This document shows positions 1 to 9,318 of a DNA stretch of 56,918 nucleotides, one piece after another. The DNA comes from SAR324 cluster bacterium. GTDB lineage: Bacteria > SAR324 > NAC60-12. The position numbers were made by a program, and so were the translations under genes. Position 1 is the first letter of the stretch, and every line of letters starts with the position of its first letter. The stretch is from the NCBI GenBank assembly GCA_016764995.1, contig JAESQU010000100.1, positions 1 to 56,918 on the forward strand, written 5' to 3'. Under the pieces are notes generated by a model. It did no database searches. It was not told the origin of the DNA and was given only the letters and a program-made list of their open reading frames with translations.

Positions 1-201
1 GCACCGCCTGTGACCCTTGCGGTGGGCGCAGATGAATCAAATGAATTTCATCGGCAATCAAAAAACTACAGTGTGTTTCTGAAAAAAAACGGAGTTCATG
101 CAAATTACCTCTCAATTCATGGAAAAAACCATTTCAATATAATTCATGATTTTGTGGGTGATGGTGGTGCATTGTGCAAACAAATTTGTGCGTGGTCATA
201 G
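1..201 (+). CDS. C-terminal fragment of an alpha/beta-hydrolase-fold esterase/formamidase-like protein (5' end outside window)
   Basis: The frame is open from base 1 (APPVTLAVGADESNEF...), so the GTG at 10 is only an ORF-caller start. The tail GKNHFNIIHDF resembles the His-bearing C-terminus of alpha/beta hydrolases. The family call is from memory only. Confidence 0.4.
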   Translation, partial: APPVTLAVGADESNEFHRQSKNYSVFLKKNGVHANYLSIHGKNHFNIIHDFVGDGGALCKQICAWS

Positions 202-322
202 AAAATTGCGGAATTCTCAAACGAAAACTTTGCGACTCTAATTGACTCTATATTCAAGTTTGACACTTGGAGAAGCGGATCAGATAATGGTTACTGAAAC
301 GTAAACCTGAATACAAAAAACT

Positions 323-1594
323 ATGAATCTTGAAAACGCAAATCAAGCAGAGTTGCAAGTTTGGGAAGAAAAACTTGCAGCAAAATATGCTGAATATAAG
401 GAGGCTGGACTAAAACTTGACCTTACCAGGGGCAAACCCGGAACCGCACAATTAGACCTTGCGGATGCAATGGAAGATTTACCCAAAAGCAAAATGATTT
501 TGGAGAACGGTACTGACCTCAGAAATTATGGCGGCCTTGATGGGATTCCGGCTGCACGAAAACTGGGTGCTGAAATGCTTGGACTTCCGGAATCTGAAGT
601 TATTTCCGGAGATCACAGTAGTTTGACACTGATGTATCTTTACCTGTTACACGCGTTTTATCATGGTTCGCAGGGTCCAGAAACCGCATGGGCCAAAGAA
701 AGTGAAGTGAAATTTTTGGCAATAGTTCCCGGATACGATCGGCATTTTTCCATCTGCGAGGAGCTGGGAATACGGATGATAAATGTGGACATGCTCGCTG
801 ATGGTCCTGATATGGACGCAGTTGAAGATTTGCTGCGCAATGATGCTGAAATAAAAGGTATGTGGTGTGTGCCTAAATATTCCAATCCTACAGGATGTGT
901 TTATGCTGAAGAAGTTGTGGAGAGAATTGCCGCACTCGGAAAAATTGCAGGTCCGAATTTTCGTGTGATGTGGGACGATGCTTATTGTGTACACGACCTG
1001 CTGGAAAATCCACGGCAACTGGCAAATGTGATGGACTACTGCAGAAAATATGGAACTGAGGATAATTTAATTTTAACCGCGTCAACTTCAAAAATAACCG
1101 TTGCTGGAGGAGGAATTTCATTTTTGGGCGCATCCCTGAAAAATTTGGAGAATTTCCGCAAACGTCTGTCCGTCATGAGTATTGGTCCAAACAAGCTCAA
1201 TCAGCAGCGTCATGTTCTCTTTCTGAAAAATATTGAAGGTGTTCGCTCACACATGAGGAAACATGCAGAAATTTTGAGACCCAAGTTTGAGATGGTACAA
1301 AAACATCTTGAAAATGGACTAGCCGGAAAGGGTATGGGCAACTGGGGCAAACCTGAAGGTGGATATTTTGTTTCGTTTGACTCAATCCCTGGACTGGCGA
1401 AAGAAATAATCCGCCTGGCCGGAGAAGCCGGTGTGAAGCTCACTCCCGCAGGTGCAACTTTCCCCTACGGAAAAGATCCAAAAGACAGCAATATCAGGCT
1501 GGCTCCAACTTTCCCGAGTGTGGAGGATTTGGATCAGGCGATGCAAATTTTTGTAACGTGTGTTCAGTTAGCTTCTGTTAGACAACGTATGTAA
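323..1594 (+). CDS. PLP-dependent class I/II aminotransferase (AspT-like)
   Basis: 423-aa ORF. It has LDLTRGKPGTAQLDL near the N-terminus, KYSNPTG, and a candidate PLP-lysine in ASTSKITVAGGG. Length is typical for this fold. Confidence 0.6.
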   Translation: MNLENANQAELQVWEEKLAAKYAEYKEAGLKLDLTRGKPGTAQLDLADAMEDLPKSKMILENGTDLRNYGGLDGIPAARKLGAEMLGLPESEVISGDHSSLTLMYLYLLHAFYHGSQGPETAWAKESEVKFLAIVPGYDRHFSICEELGIRMINVDMLADGPDMDAVEDLLRNDAEIKGMWCVPKYSNPTGCVYAEEVVERIAALGKIAGPNFRVMWDDAYCVHDLLENPRQLANVMDYCRKYGTEDNLILTASTSKITVAGGGISFLGASLKNLENFRKRLSVMSIGPNKLNQQRHVLFLKNIEGVRSHMRKHAEILRPKFEMVQKHLENGLAGKGMGNWGKPEGGYFVSFDSIPGLAKEIIRLAGEAGVKLTPAGATFPYGKDPKDSNIRLAPTFPSVEDLDQAMQIFVTCVQLASVRQRM

Positions 1595-1640
1595 AACGGA
1601 AAGACACAATCTAATTGAAAACCTTCAACCTGTTTAAATC

Positions 1641-3437
1641 TTGGAAAAAGAAGTCAACGACTGGGAATTATTCCAGCGGTTTCTCGTTTACGTGCGTCCA
1701 CACTGGAAAAGTATGGCACTTGGAATGGGAACTGTCCCGTTTTCGATTGGAGCAACATTGTTGCTTCCATGGCTCATCATACGAATTATTGATGATCATG
1801 TTATGCCAGGAGACATGGACGGCTTGATGCAGATGGTGACTCTGATGGCAGGAGCAGTTGCTTTAGGTTATTTTTCAGATTCGATTTATACATTTACCCT
1901 CCAAAAAACAGGCCAGTTAGCAATCAGTGCAATGCGCAGTGATCTCTATGCGCATATCCTTTCTATGCCGCGCTCATTCTTTGATCAACGTCCGATCGGA
2001 GTTGTTTTGACGCGCCTCACAAGTGACATGGAGGCCCTCAACGATTCCCTGGCAATTGGCGTACTTTCCATTTTCACAGACTTCTTGAAAACAATTGCTC
2101 TGCTTGTTTTGTTGATTACTCTCAGTTGGAAACTCACACTGGTTGTATTGCTGATTTTACCGCCGATTTATTTTGTCAGTAATTTTTTACGGACCCGTTT
2201 AAGGTATTATTACAACCTCACACGAGAAGCACTTGCTGATGCAACTGGTTATTTGCAGGAATGTTTGAACGGTGTTAAAACTATACAGTTATATGCTTCT
2301 GAGCGCAAAGTTCAAAAGGACTTTGAAGAAAAAACAAAACACTTTTTTAATGCACAGTCTCATTCTAATTTTTATGATGCGGCACTTTTTTCAGTAATTG
2401 AAGGAATTACCTCGATTGCACTCGCCTTGATGATCTGGTATGGTTCACAGCAAATATTGGCAGGTATAGTCTCAATTGGAGTTTTGGTCGGTTTCATCAA
2501 CACACTCAATCGTATTTTTGTGCCGATTCGTGAATTTACTCAACAAATTTCTGTTTTCCAACGCTCACTTTCTTCACTGGAAAATATTGATAAATTATTT
2601 AGAGAAATTCCTGAAGATCAGGATACAGAATTGGTTTCACAAAAATTCACCACAAAAGAACTGCTGGAGCGTTTTCAGAATTTTGAAGAATTGAAATTTG
2701 AGAATGTTCATTTCCGTTACACAAAAGATGATCCGTGGGTTTTGCAGGGAGTTTCGTTTAGTGTCAGCAAAGGTGATCGTGTAGCAATCGTCGGAGCAAC
2801 CGGTTCCGGAAAATCGACCATTGTCCGCATCCTGACTAGAACCTACACAGGTTACGAAGGATCAATTAAAATAAATGGTGTGGAACTGAACGAAATTTCA
2901 CGGGATCATTTGCTGCGGATGATTGCACTGATGCAGCAAGAATCTTACTTGTTTGAGGAAAGTATCAACTTCAACATCGCACTGAATCGTCAGGAAATTT
3001 CTCCGGAAAAAGTCAGTAAAGCTGCGGAATACGTTTATGCTCATGAATTTATAGATGATTTGCCAGGACAATATGAATATAAATTGCTTGAAGGTGGAAG
3101 AAATCTTTCCGAGGGTCAAGGGCGTTTAATTGTTTTTGCACGAGCGTTGGCTGGAGAAAGTGATTTAATTGTCTTGGATGAGGCAACAAGCTCGGTGGAT
3201 TCTGTGACGGAAAATCTTATTCAAAAAGCAATTGAACGTATTTTTCGAGACAAAACTGTGATTGCCATTGCACATCGACTTAGTACTATCCGGAATTCGG
3301 ATTTGATCCTGGTTATGGATAATGGAAAAATTGTTGAGCGCGGTTCACATGGTGAATTGCTGGAACAAAATGGAATTTACGCAGGCCTTGTTGAAACTCT
3401 GGAAAATGAAACAGAACTTGAAAATGTTAATGTTTAA
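1641..3437 (+). CDS. ABC exporter, fused permease/ATPase (MsbA/type I exporter-like)
   Basis: The N-terminal half is hydrophobic (about 6 TM). Walker A GATGSGKST, ABC signature LSEGQGRL and Walker B LIVLDEATS are present. A TTG start is assumed. Confidence 0.85.
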   Translation: MEKEVNDWELFQRFLVYVRPHWKSMALGMGTVPFSIGATLLLPWLIIRIIDDHVMPGDMDGLMQMVTLMAGAVALGYFSDSIYTFTLQKTGQLAISAMRSDLYAHILSMPRSFFDQRPIGVVLTRLTSDMEALNDSLAIGVLSIFTDFLKTIALLVLLITLSWKLTLVVLLILPPIYFVSNFLRTRLRYYYNLTREALADATGYLQECLNGVKTIQLYASERKVQKDFEEKTKHFFNAQSHSNFYDAALFSVIEGITSIALALMIWYGSQQILAGIVSIGVLVGFINTLNRIFVPIREFTQQISVFQRSLSSLENIDKLFREIPEDQDTELVSQKFTTKELLERFQNFEELKFENVHFRYTKDDPWVLQGVSFSVSKGDRVAIVGATGSGKSTIVRILTRTYTGYEGSIKINGVELNEISRDHLLRMIALMQQESYLFEESINFNIALNRQEISPEKVSKAAEYVYAHEFIDDLPGQYEYKLLEGGRNLSEGQGRLIVFARALAGESDLIVLDEATSSVDSVTENLIQKAIERIFRDKTVIAIAHRLSTIRNSDLILVMDNGKIVERGSHGELLEQNGIYAGLVETLENETELENVNV

Positions 3438-3563
3438 AATGACGCAAAATAAAAAAATGTAAAATAATTACATTTATTACTTGCGTTTTCTTTAATTACT
3501 GTCAGACTACAAAGATTCTCTCTTCAAGTAGAAGAGTTTTTTTAATTAATATATAAGGTCACA

Positions 3564-3758
3564 ATGGCAACAGGCAAAGTAAAATGGTTTAACGAACGCA
3601 AAGGTTATGGATTCATTGAGCAGGAGTCCGGAAAAGACTTGTTCGTTCATCATTCTGAGGTCCGCGGGGGATATCTCAGAGAAGGAGAAAACGTGGAATT
3701 CGAAATTGGAGAAGGACAAAAAGGTCCTTGTGCGGTAAGTGTGCAAACTGCCTCATAA
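3564..3758 (+). CDS. cspA: Cold-shock protein (CSD family)
   Basis: 64 aa with RNP1/RNP2 motifs: [14 protein letters not shown] and DLFVHHSEV. Confidence 0.92.
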   Translation: MATGKVKWFNERKGYGFIEQESGKDLFVHHSEVRGGYLREGENVEFEIGEGQKGPCAVSVQTAS

Positions 3759-3783
3759 TTCATTTTAGAATAATCATTATCCT

Positions 3784-3830
3784 GACGGGATGTCTGCACA
3801 AGCGGTCATCCCGTTTTTTTTGTTTTTTTT
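3784..3830 (+). terminator. Rho-independent terminator after csp
   Basis: 8-bp stem ACGGGATG/CATCCCGT followed by TTTTTTTTGTTTTTTTTT. Confidence 0.7.
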
Positions 3831-3854
3831 TAAGTTCAATCAGTTGGCACAAAC

Positions 3855-4769
3855 ATGAATCAACTTCGTGAAGATTTTAAAGAATTTACAGAGGCACTGT
3901 TAACCTGGAAATATTGGTGGATGCTGGTAGTACTGGCTTTCGGTTGTTTTGTTTTCAGTAGCGTGGTTAACGGAATTCTTATTCCTCACCATTTTTTCGC
4001 AGGAGGCCTGACCGGTTTAGGTTTGTTGTTTTATGACTCTATCAAAGAGTTTCTTCCTTTCAGTTTGTTGTATGCCTTGATGAATGTTCCAATATTTATT
4101 ATTGGTTTTCGTGAGTTTTCGTTGAAATTCATTCTGACTTCACTGATAGGAATGGGGCTTTACACAGTAAGTTTGGAATTGACAGAGGGATTTGAAATAG
4201 CAATTAAGGACCCTATGTTGTCTGCAATTTTTGGTGGAGTACTGGCAGGATTCAGTACAGGCTTCTATTTGAGCTTGGGCGGCTCAGTTGGTGGTCTGGA
4301 TATTGTGGGAACTGTGATCAAAAAACGTTTTGCAATTCCAATTGGAACAGTTTTTAATATGGTCAACTTTTTAGTTCTTACCAGCAATGCCTACCTTTAT
4401 GATCTTGAAACCGCACTCTTTACGGGCGTATTCATGTATGTTTTTACATGGAGCATGCAAAAGGGACAGATAGGATTTTCTCAACGAAAATCTGTTTTCA
4501 TCATTTCCTCCAAGCCGGAAGAAGTTGGAGAAAAGGTGTTGAAAAAACTAGACCGCGGTTTTACTTATTTGCATGCATCAGGAGGTTATGCCGGGGAAGA
4601 TAAACGGGTTATTTATACCGTAATAAATCTTTTGGAATTAGGGCGGCTCAAAGAGTATTTGTTTAAGACAGATCCGGATGCCTTTATTTCAGTGCAAAAC
4701 ACAGGAGATGTGATTGGAAAACGCTTTCTAACCTGGGAAGATGAAGGATACAGGACTAGAAAAAAGTAA
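3855..4769 (+). CDS. YitT-family membrane protein with C-terminal DUF2179-like domain
   Basis: About 5-6 TM segments with repeated GGxxG (GGLTGLG, GGSVGGLD). The soluble C-terminal about 90 aa (FTYLHASGGY...FISV) is typical of YitT proteins. Confidence 0.6.
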   Translation: MNQLREDFKEFTEALLTWKYWWMLVVLAFGCFVFSSVVNGILIPHHFFAGGLTGLGLLFYDSIKEFLPFSLLYALMNVPIFIIGFREFSLKFILTSLIGMGLYTVSLELTEGFEIAIKDPMLSAIFGGVLAGFSTGFYLSLGGSVGGLDIVGTVIKKRFAIPIGTVFNMVNFLVLTSNAYLYDLETALFTGVFMYVFTWSMQKGQIGFSQRKSVFIISSKPEEVGEKVLKKLDRGFTYLHASGGYAGEDKRVIYTVINLLELGRLKEYLFKTDPDAFISVQNTGDVIGKRFLTWEDEGYRTRKK

Positions 4770-4848
4770 AGCACAGCAATTTTTTTTTAACTCTTTTCCA
4801 AAGTTGAGTATTTTTTGAAGATGAATTTATTATTTTGTCCAGTTTAAA

Positions 4849-5283
4849 TCACTTCTGTTTTTCTGCTGCTTTTAAGATGATTCCTCTGGTCATTGCCAGC
4901 AATGAAAGTGAGCTGAGTTCGGTCAATTTGAACCACTTTACCGCGTACGCATCATCACCTGACCGGCATTTTCCTGAAAGCCATTGACCCTGAAAATCTA
5001 CCAGAGTGTAATGGTAGAGAATTTTACCCTGCTTGTCAGGGACAATATAATCCACCACATCTAGCAGAGCAAGTTGTTCAACTTTGACTCCTGTTTCTTC
5101 GTCTAATTCCCTCTGAACAGCTTGTATTACGGTTTCACCAAGCCGCTGTTTTCCTCCGGGTATGCTCCACTGTCCTTTGTTTGGAGCCTTTCCTCGCTGC
5201 ACCAGCAACACTTCTTCTCCGCGTAAAACAACGACTCCAACTCCAACAAAGGGACGCTCTGGATATTCTCGGTCATTACTCAT
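4849..5283 (-). CDS. NUDIX hydrolase
   Basis: Nudix box GGKQRLGETVIQAVQRELDEETG. The start overlaps the upstream gene's stop by 4 nt. Confidence 0.85.
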   Translation of the reverse strand: MSNDREYPERPFVGVGVVVLRGEEVLLVQRGKAPNKGQWSIPGGKQRLGETVIQAVQRELDEETGVKVEQLALLDVVDYIVPDKQGKILYHYTLVDFQGQWLSGKCRSGDDAYAVKWFKLTELSSLSLLAMTRGIILKAAEKQK

Positions 5284-5726
5284 TCATAACCCTTTAACCA
5301 ATTATGCAATGCAAGACGTGCCGCTTGCTCTTCCACACCTTCTATGACGGTGATTCCACCTTCTCTTAATATCCGTACTCCCTTACCATTCACTTTTGGA
5401 TGCGGATCCCTAATTGCCAGTACAACGTGTGATATTTGTTTTTCTACTATAGTTTTGGCGCAGGAAGGCGTTCTACCATGGAAAGAACAGGGCTCAACCG
5501 TACAGTAAAGTGTTGATCCTGCCAGAGAATGTCCCAATGCTTCCGCATTCTGAATCGCGTCCGCTTCTGCGTGAAGCCCACCGACAGCATGTGTATAACC
5601 TTTTCCAAGTACTGTGTCATCATTGACAATCACACAACCGACCCAGGGATTATCGCCGGTTTTATTTCGTGCCTTTTCTCCGAGTTGCAAAGCAAGAAGC
5701 ATAAATTCTCGTTTAATTTCAGTCAT
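5280..5726 (-). CDS. ribD: Riboflavin-pathway pyrimidine deaminase, RibD deaminase domain only (no reductase domain)
   Basis: HAEADAI, then TVEPCSFHGRTPSC and IRDPHPKVNGKG, match the RibD N-terminal domain (EPCSHHGRTPPC / DPNPxVxGxG). The ORF stops at 148 aa. Confidence 0.75.
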   Translation of the reverse strand: MTEIKREFMLLALQLGEKARNKTGDNPWVGCVIVNDDTVLGKGYTHAVGGLHAEADAIQNAEALGHSLAGSTLYCTVEPCSFHGRTPSCAKTIVEKQISHVVLAIRDPHPKVNGKGVRILREGGITVIEGVEEQAARLALHNWLKGYE

Positions 5727-5839
5727 TAGTAATTTCGGATTTTATTGTAGATCTTAACAAACTCTGCTGCGTATCATTTTTTTCTGCTTGAAATAATTTA
5801 TTTCGGAAAGTATTGGGACAGAAGAAATGGATGTAATTT

Positions 5840-6466
5840 TCAAAAAAGAAATCCGAAACCCCCATTTACTTGATTTGAAAATAATTTTACAGAATCAGTA
5901 AGAATTACGGCTGTACCGTTAAGTTGACTTTGATAATTTTTATATTCGTCGTTATTTTGGCGGTAACCCAATAATATTTCTCCGCCTAAAAATGGTAGAC
6001 CGAAGTTCATAAACAATGCTTCACCGCTACTTCTTTCTGTTAAGTAATTTACTCCACTTGAGTCCAATTCTCCTCGTCCATAGATTAAGCGTCCTGCGCC
6101 CAAAGTAAAACTGAAAGTGCTTCCAATTGTATATGACAAATCCAAGCTGTGCTTCTTGAATTTGTATGAAATTCCTTCCAGACTTCCGCTTGTGCGGATT
6201 GTGCTGTAACCTACTCCGATTCCATTTGCGAACACCAAAATTCCACTGTGTCCGGAGATAGCAAGTTTTTCTGACGCTTTGCTTGTGCCGCGTGTGATTT
6301 CGCTTTCATCTGAAGTTGGAACAAAATAGCGTAAGCGCCAATATTCTTCCGCACCGGCGTAACTTCCGGACAACATCAAAATTACTGTAATGAGGATTAT
6401 TTTTTTTAAAGCCGGCACATTAATAAAACATAAGTTATTTTCGGAAAATTCATTTCTTTCAAACAT
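5840..6466 (-). CDS. Hypothetical secreted protein, possible small outer-membrane beta-barrel
   Basis: Signal-like KKIILITVILMLSGSYAGA. Gly/aromatic-rich alternating segments. C-terminal GGFGFLF ends in Phe like an OMP beta-signal. Confidence 0.4.
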   Translation of the reverse strand: MFERNEFSENNLCFINVPALKKIILITVILMLSGSYAGAEEYWRLRYFVPTSDESEITRGTSKASEKLAISGHSGILVFANGIGVGYSTIRTSGSLEGISYKFKKHSLDLSYTIGSTFSFTLGAGRLIYGRGELDSSGVNYLTERSSGEALFMNFGLPFLGGEILLGYRQNNDEYKNYQSQLNGTAVILTDSVKLFSNQVNGGFGFLF

Positions 6467-6595
6467 GCAAATTGAGTGCTTTTTGCGTCAGCTAAGGAAA
6501 ATTCGAAAACAAGCAAGCACGATTTTAAATCAAGTGCTGGCAGGATTTTTTTATGTGAGTTAAACTTAGCGTGTCCTAATTCAGCAAAAAAGAAA

Positions 6596-7357
6596 ATGAA
6601 CGACTCAAATACACCTCAAAAAGTTAGCCTGCAAAAAACAGACGCCATCACCGTGTTTCGCGCAGGACATCAGGCATTAGCAGAAATTGAAGGCTTGCGC
6701 GGTTTGGTAATTCGAGGTTTGTTTTTAAACTATCTCATATTTTTTGGCGCAACTATTGTCTTGAACGGCTTGTTTTATTTTCAAGTTCTCAGCCCAATTA
6801 TAAACTGGCTTTTTGGTGGAGGAGAAGGCTTTTGGGCTTCTGTCGGCACAGTGCTTTTGTGGAGCATTCAGCTAACAGTTTCCGCAGTGATCGCTCTGGT
6901 AGCGTTGCGATTTTCTGTTGAACTGATGAGCTTATGGCATCAAAGTTTAGTGAACCGGATCATTCTAAATTTCAGGCAGATTGAAGAATCAGAATTTTCA
7001 CTAAGTGCTTTGTGGACAGAACTGCGCTATATTTTGCTAGAAGCCCTCAAGTCTTGTATATTTCCTTTGCTACTACTTTTTGTGGGTTGGATTCCTCTGA
7101 TGGGATTGCCACTGGTCTTTGTATTGGAATCACATCTACTTGGGCGGCAAAGTGTTATTGTTTATTTGGAAAGTTTAACAAATCCGGAAGAAGCTGTTGA
7201 ACTTCGGAAAAAATGGCGCTGGATTCCGCTTAGAATTGGCTGGCTGCCGACAATTCTTGCTTTTATTCCGTTAATCGGTTGGTTATTTTTACCGCTAACC
7301 CTGACCTATGAAGTTATCGGATTTGCTTATTTAGTTGAAAAATCCCGGAAAAGTTAA
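6596..7357 (+). CDS. Integral membrane protein (possibly EI24/CysZ-like)
   Basis: At least 5 hydrophobic helices. ATG at 6596 (MNDSNTPQK) is preferred over the TTG at 6476. The family assignment is weak. Confidence 0.5.
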   Translation: MNDSNTPQKVSLQKTDAITVFRAGHQALAEIEGLRGLVIRGLFLNYLIFFGATIVLNGLFYFQVLSPIINWLFGGGEGFWASVGTVLLWSIQLTVSAVIALVALRFSVELMSLWHQSLVNRIILNFRQIEESEFSLSALWTELRYILLEALKSCIFPLLLLFVGWIPLMGLPLVFVLESHLLGRQSVIVYLESLTNPEEAVELRKKWRWIPLRIGWLPTILAFIPLIGWLFLPLTLTYEVIGFAYLVEKSRKS

Positions 7358-8248
7358 TCACCAAAGCCAAGCTGCCCCGCGAACACCACTTGAATCGCCG
7401 TGCATGGCAGGCTTGATGGGCGTCGTGAATTCTCCCCCAAAAGTCCATTTTTGTACTAATTCCGGAACAGTTTCATAAATCCGGGAGATATTTGACATTC
7501 CGCCGCCGAGGATCAAAACATCCGGATCAATCAGATTTACGGCAGTCGCGATTGCGCGGGCAAGGCGATTTTCATAAATTTGCATAACATTCTCCGCAAC
7601 AGTATCTTCCTGCCCAAGAAGTTCCGCTATTTCACGTCCGCGTTTGCGAATTCCAGTTTGTTTTTCGTATTCATTTTCAAAACCGGTTCCGGAAATAAAT
7701 GTTTCGAGACAGCCTCGCTGCCCACAGAAACAAGCTATGCCCGGATATTCTTCCGGAGTCATCCAGCCCAATGAAATATGACCCCATTCTCCCGCAATTG
7801 CATGGAGTCCTTGATGCACCTTGTGATCGATTGCAATTCCGCCTCCGCAACCCGTACCGATAATGATGGCGAATACCACTTTTGCACCGGCGCCGGCACC
7901 ATCCACTGCTTCTGAAACGGCGAGGCAATTTGCGTCATTCGCAAGGCGCACTTCCCGCTCCAGCGCGGTTTCCAAATCATGGTCGAAATGCTTGCCGATT
8001 ATCCAGGTGGAATTCGCATTCTTAACGAGTCCGGTTTGCGGTGAGATTGCTCCGGGAATGCCGATGCCAACTGTACCTTTTTGTTTTGTTTTTGCTTCAA
8101 GGTCGCGTACAATTCCGGCAATCGCTGCAATTGTTCCATCGTAGTCATGCCGTGGAGTCTCTATTCGTATGCGTAACAATTCTTCTCCTGTGTCCGCAAG
8201 AGCGATTCCCTCAATTTTTGTTCCACCCATATCAATGCCGATTCGCAT
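7358..8248 (-). CDS. ROK-family sugar kinase (N-acetylglucosamine kinase/fructokinase-like)
   Basis: N-terminal IGIDMGGTK ATP motif, ANDANCLAVSE, and the zinc motif CFCGQRGCLETFISG. Confidence 0.85.
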   Translation of the reverse strand: MRIGIDMGGTKIEGIALADTGEELLRIRIETPRHDYDGTIAAIAGIVRDLEAKTKQKGTVGIGIPGAISPQTGLVKNANSTWIIGKHFDHDLETALEREVRLANDANCLAVSEAVDGAGAGAKVVFAIIIGTGCGGGIAIDHKVHQGLHAIAGEWGHISLGWMTPEEYPGIACFCGQRGCLETFISGTGFENEYEKQTGIRKRGREIAELLGQEDTVAENVMQIYENRLARAIATAVNLIDPDVLILGGGMSNISRIYETVPELVQKWTFGGEFTTPIKPAMHGDSSGVRGAAWLW

Positions 8249-8268
8249 TTAGACTCCACTTTAGTGTT

Positions 8269-9288
8269 TTAATTTTTTTCTATGTTTTGTTGCAAGCATA
8301 ATTCTTTTCCAGATTTGCGGATTTTCCATTCTTGCGAAAGACGAAATTCCCATTGACTTCTTCCTGTACTGATTAGCTCAATAACTTTTTGCAATTTTCG
8401 GTAATTCAAGGCAAGTCTTGTTTTCGCGGTGATGAACCTATGCAATATTTCTCGCTGGAGTATTGCGTCGGCTTGTTCCAAATCCGCGAGAGACAAGACA
8501 GTTGAAGTTTCGTTATCGAAATTACCGGAGTTTTGTTCCCATTTATCATAAGCTGAATCCAGCCACTCATGCAGAAGTTGACTTTGTTCACTCAAATCAT
8601 TGATACGTGAGTGCAGGCCATGACGGGTTAATTCCTCCAATAGTGGAATCAGTTCCAGTCGCACTCGATTACGTAAGTATGTCGCGCTTTGATTGGAAGT
8701 ATCTTCCATCCAGTTCAGCTTATTACTGTTTAAATAATCTTGCAGTTCAGATTTTCCGCAATTGAGCAAAGGCCGAATAAATGGTGCGTTTTTCCAGCGC
8801 ATGCCTTGCAAATTTGAAATATGCGATCCACGAAGCCATTTAAGGATTATCGTTTCAGTTTGGTCATCAGCGTGATGTCCTGTTGCAATGCAGCCGCCTC
8901 CGAGAAATTCAAGCAGCTTGAGGGCCTCATCGATCCGCCAATCACGCGCGGATTCCTGTAAACCGGATTGTCCGGATTTAAGGTGCTTAGCGGTTTTAAA
9001 ATGGAAAGGGAGTTTATATTGATCGGCCAGAGATTTTACAAAGGCCTGCTCCTGTTTTGCTTCTGGACGAAGCTGATGATTGAAATGCAGAATTTGTAAT
9101 TCCAAACAAAGAAGTGTGCTGAGACGCTGGAGTAAATGGAGTAGTGCAACTGAGTCACTCCCACCACTAACGCAGACTACAACTTGGAGAGGCGTTTTTG
9201 CTGTACGTCTGTTTTTATTCTTTACCGCTGTGTCATTCAGTTGATAATGATTCCAGTTTTTTTGAATTTTTTGTAGAAGATTATCCAC
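8269..9288 (-). CDS. tilS: tRNA(Ile)-lysidine synthetase
   Basis: PP-loop VCVSGGSDSVALLHLL, then ATGHHADDQTET. Confidence 0.85.
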   Translation of the reverse strand: MDNLLQKIQKNWNHYQLNDTAVKNKNRRTAKTPLQVVVCVSGGSDSVALLHLLQRLSTLLCLELQILHFNHQLRPEAKQEQAFVKSLADQYKLPFHFKTAKHLKSGQSGLQESARDWRIDEALKLLEFLGGGCIATGHHADDQTETIILKWLRGSHISNLQGMRWKNAPFIRPLLNCGKSELQDYLNSNKLNWMEDTSNQSATYLRNRVRLELIPLLEELTRHGLHSRINDLSEQSQLLHEWLDSAYDKWEQNSGNFDNETSTVLSLADLEQADAILQREILHRFITAKTRLALNYRKLQKVIELISTGRSQWEFRLSQEWKIRKSGKELCLQQNIEKN

Positions 9289-9318
9289 AGGAAGATCCGA
9301 GTCTAACTTACTTAAAAT

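Noticed and set aside
1615-1827. 70-aa ORF overlapping the start of the ABC exporter, and 26731-27060 / 26811-26993 overlapping the topA start.
   Set aside because: They overlap better-supported genes out of frame or antisense, and no motifs are present.
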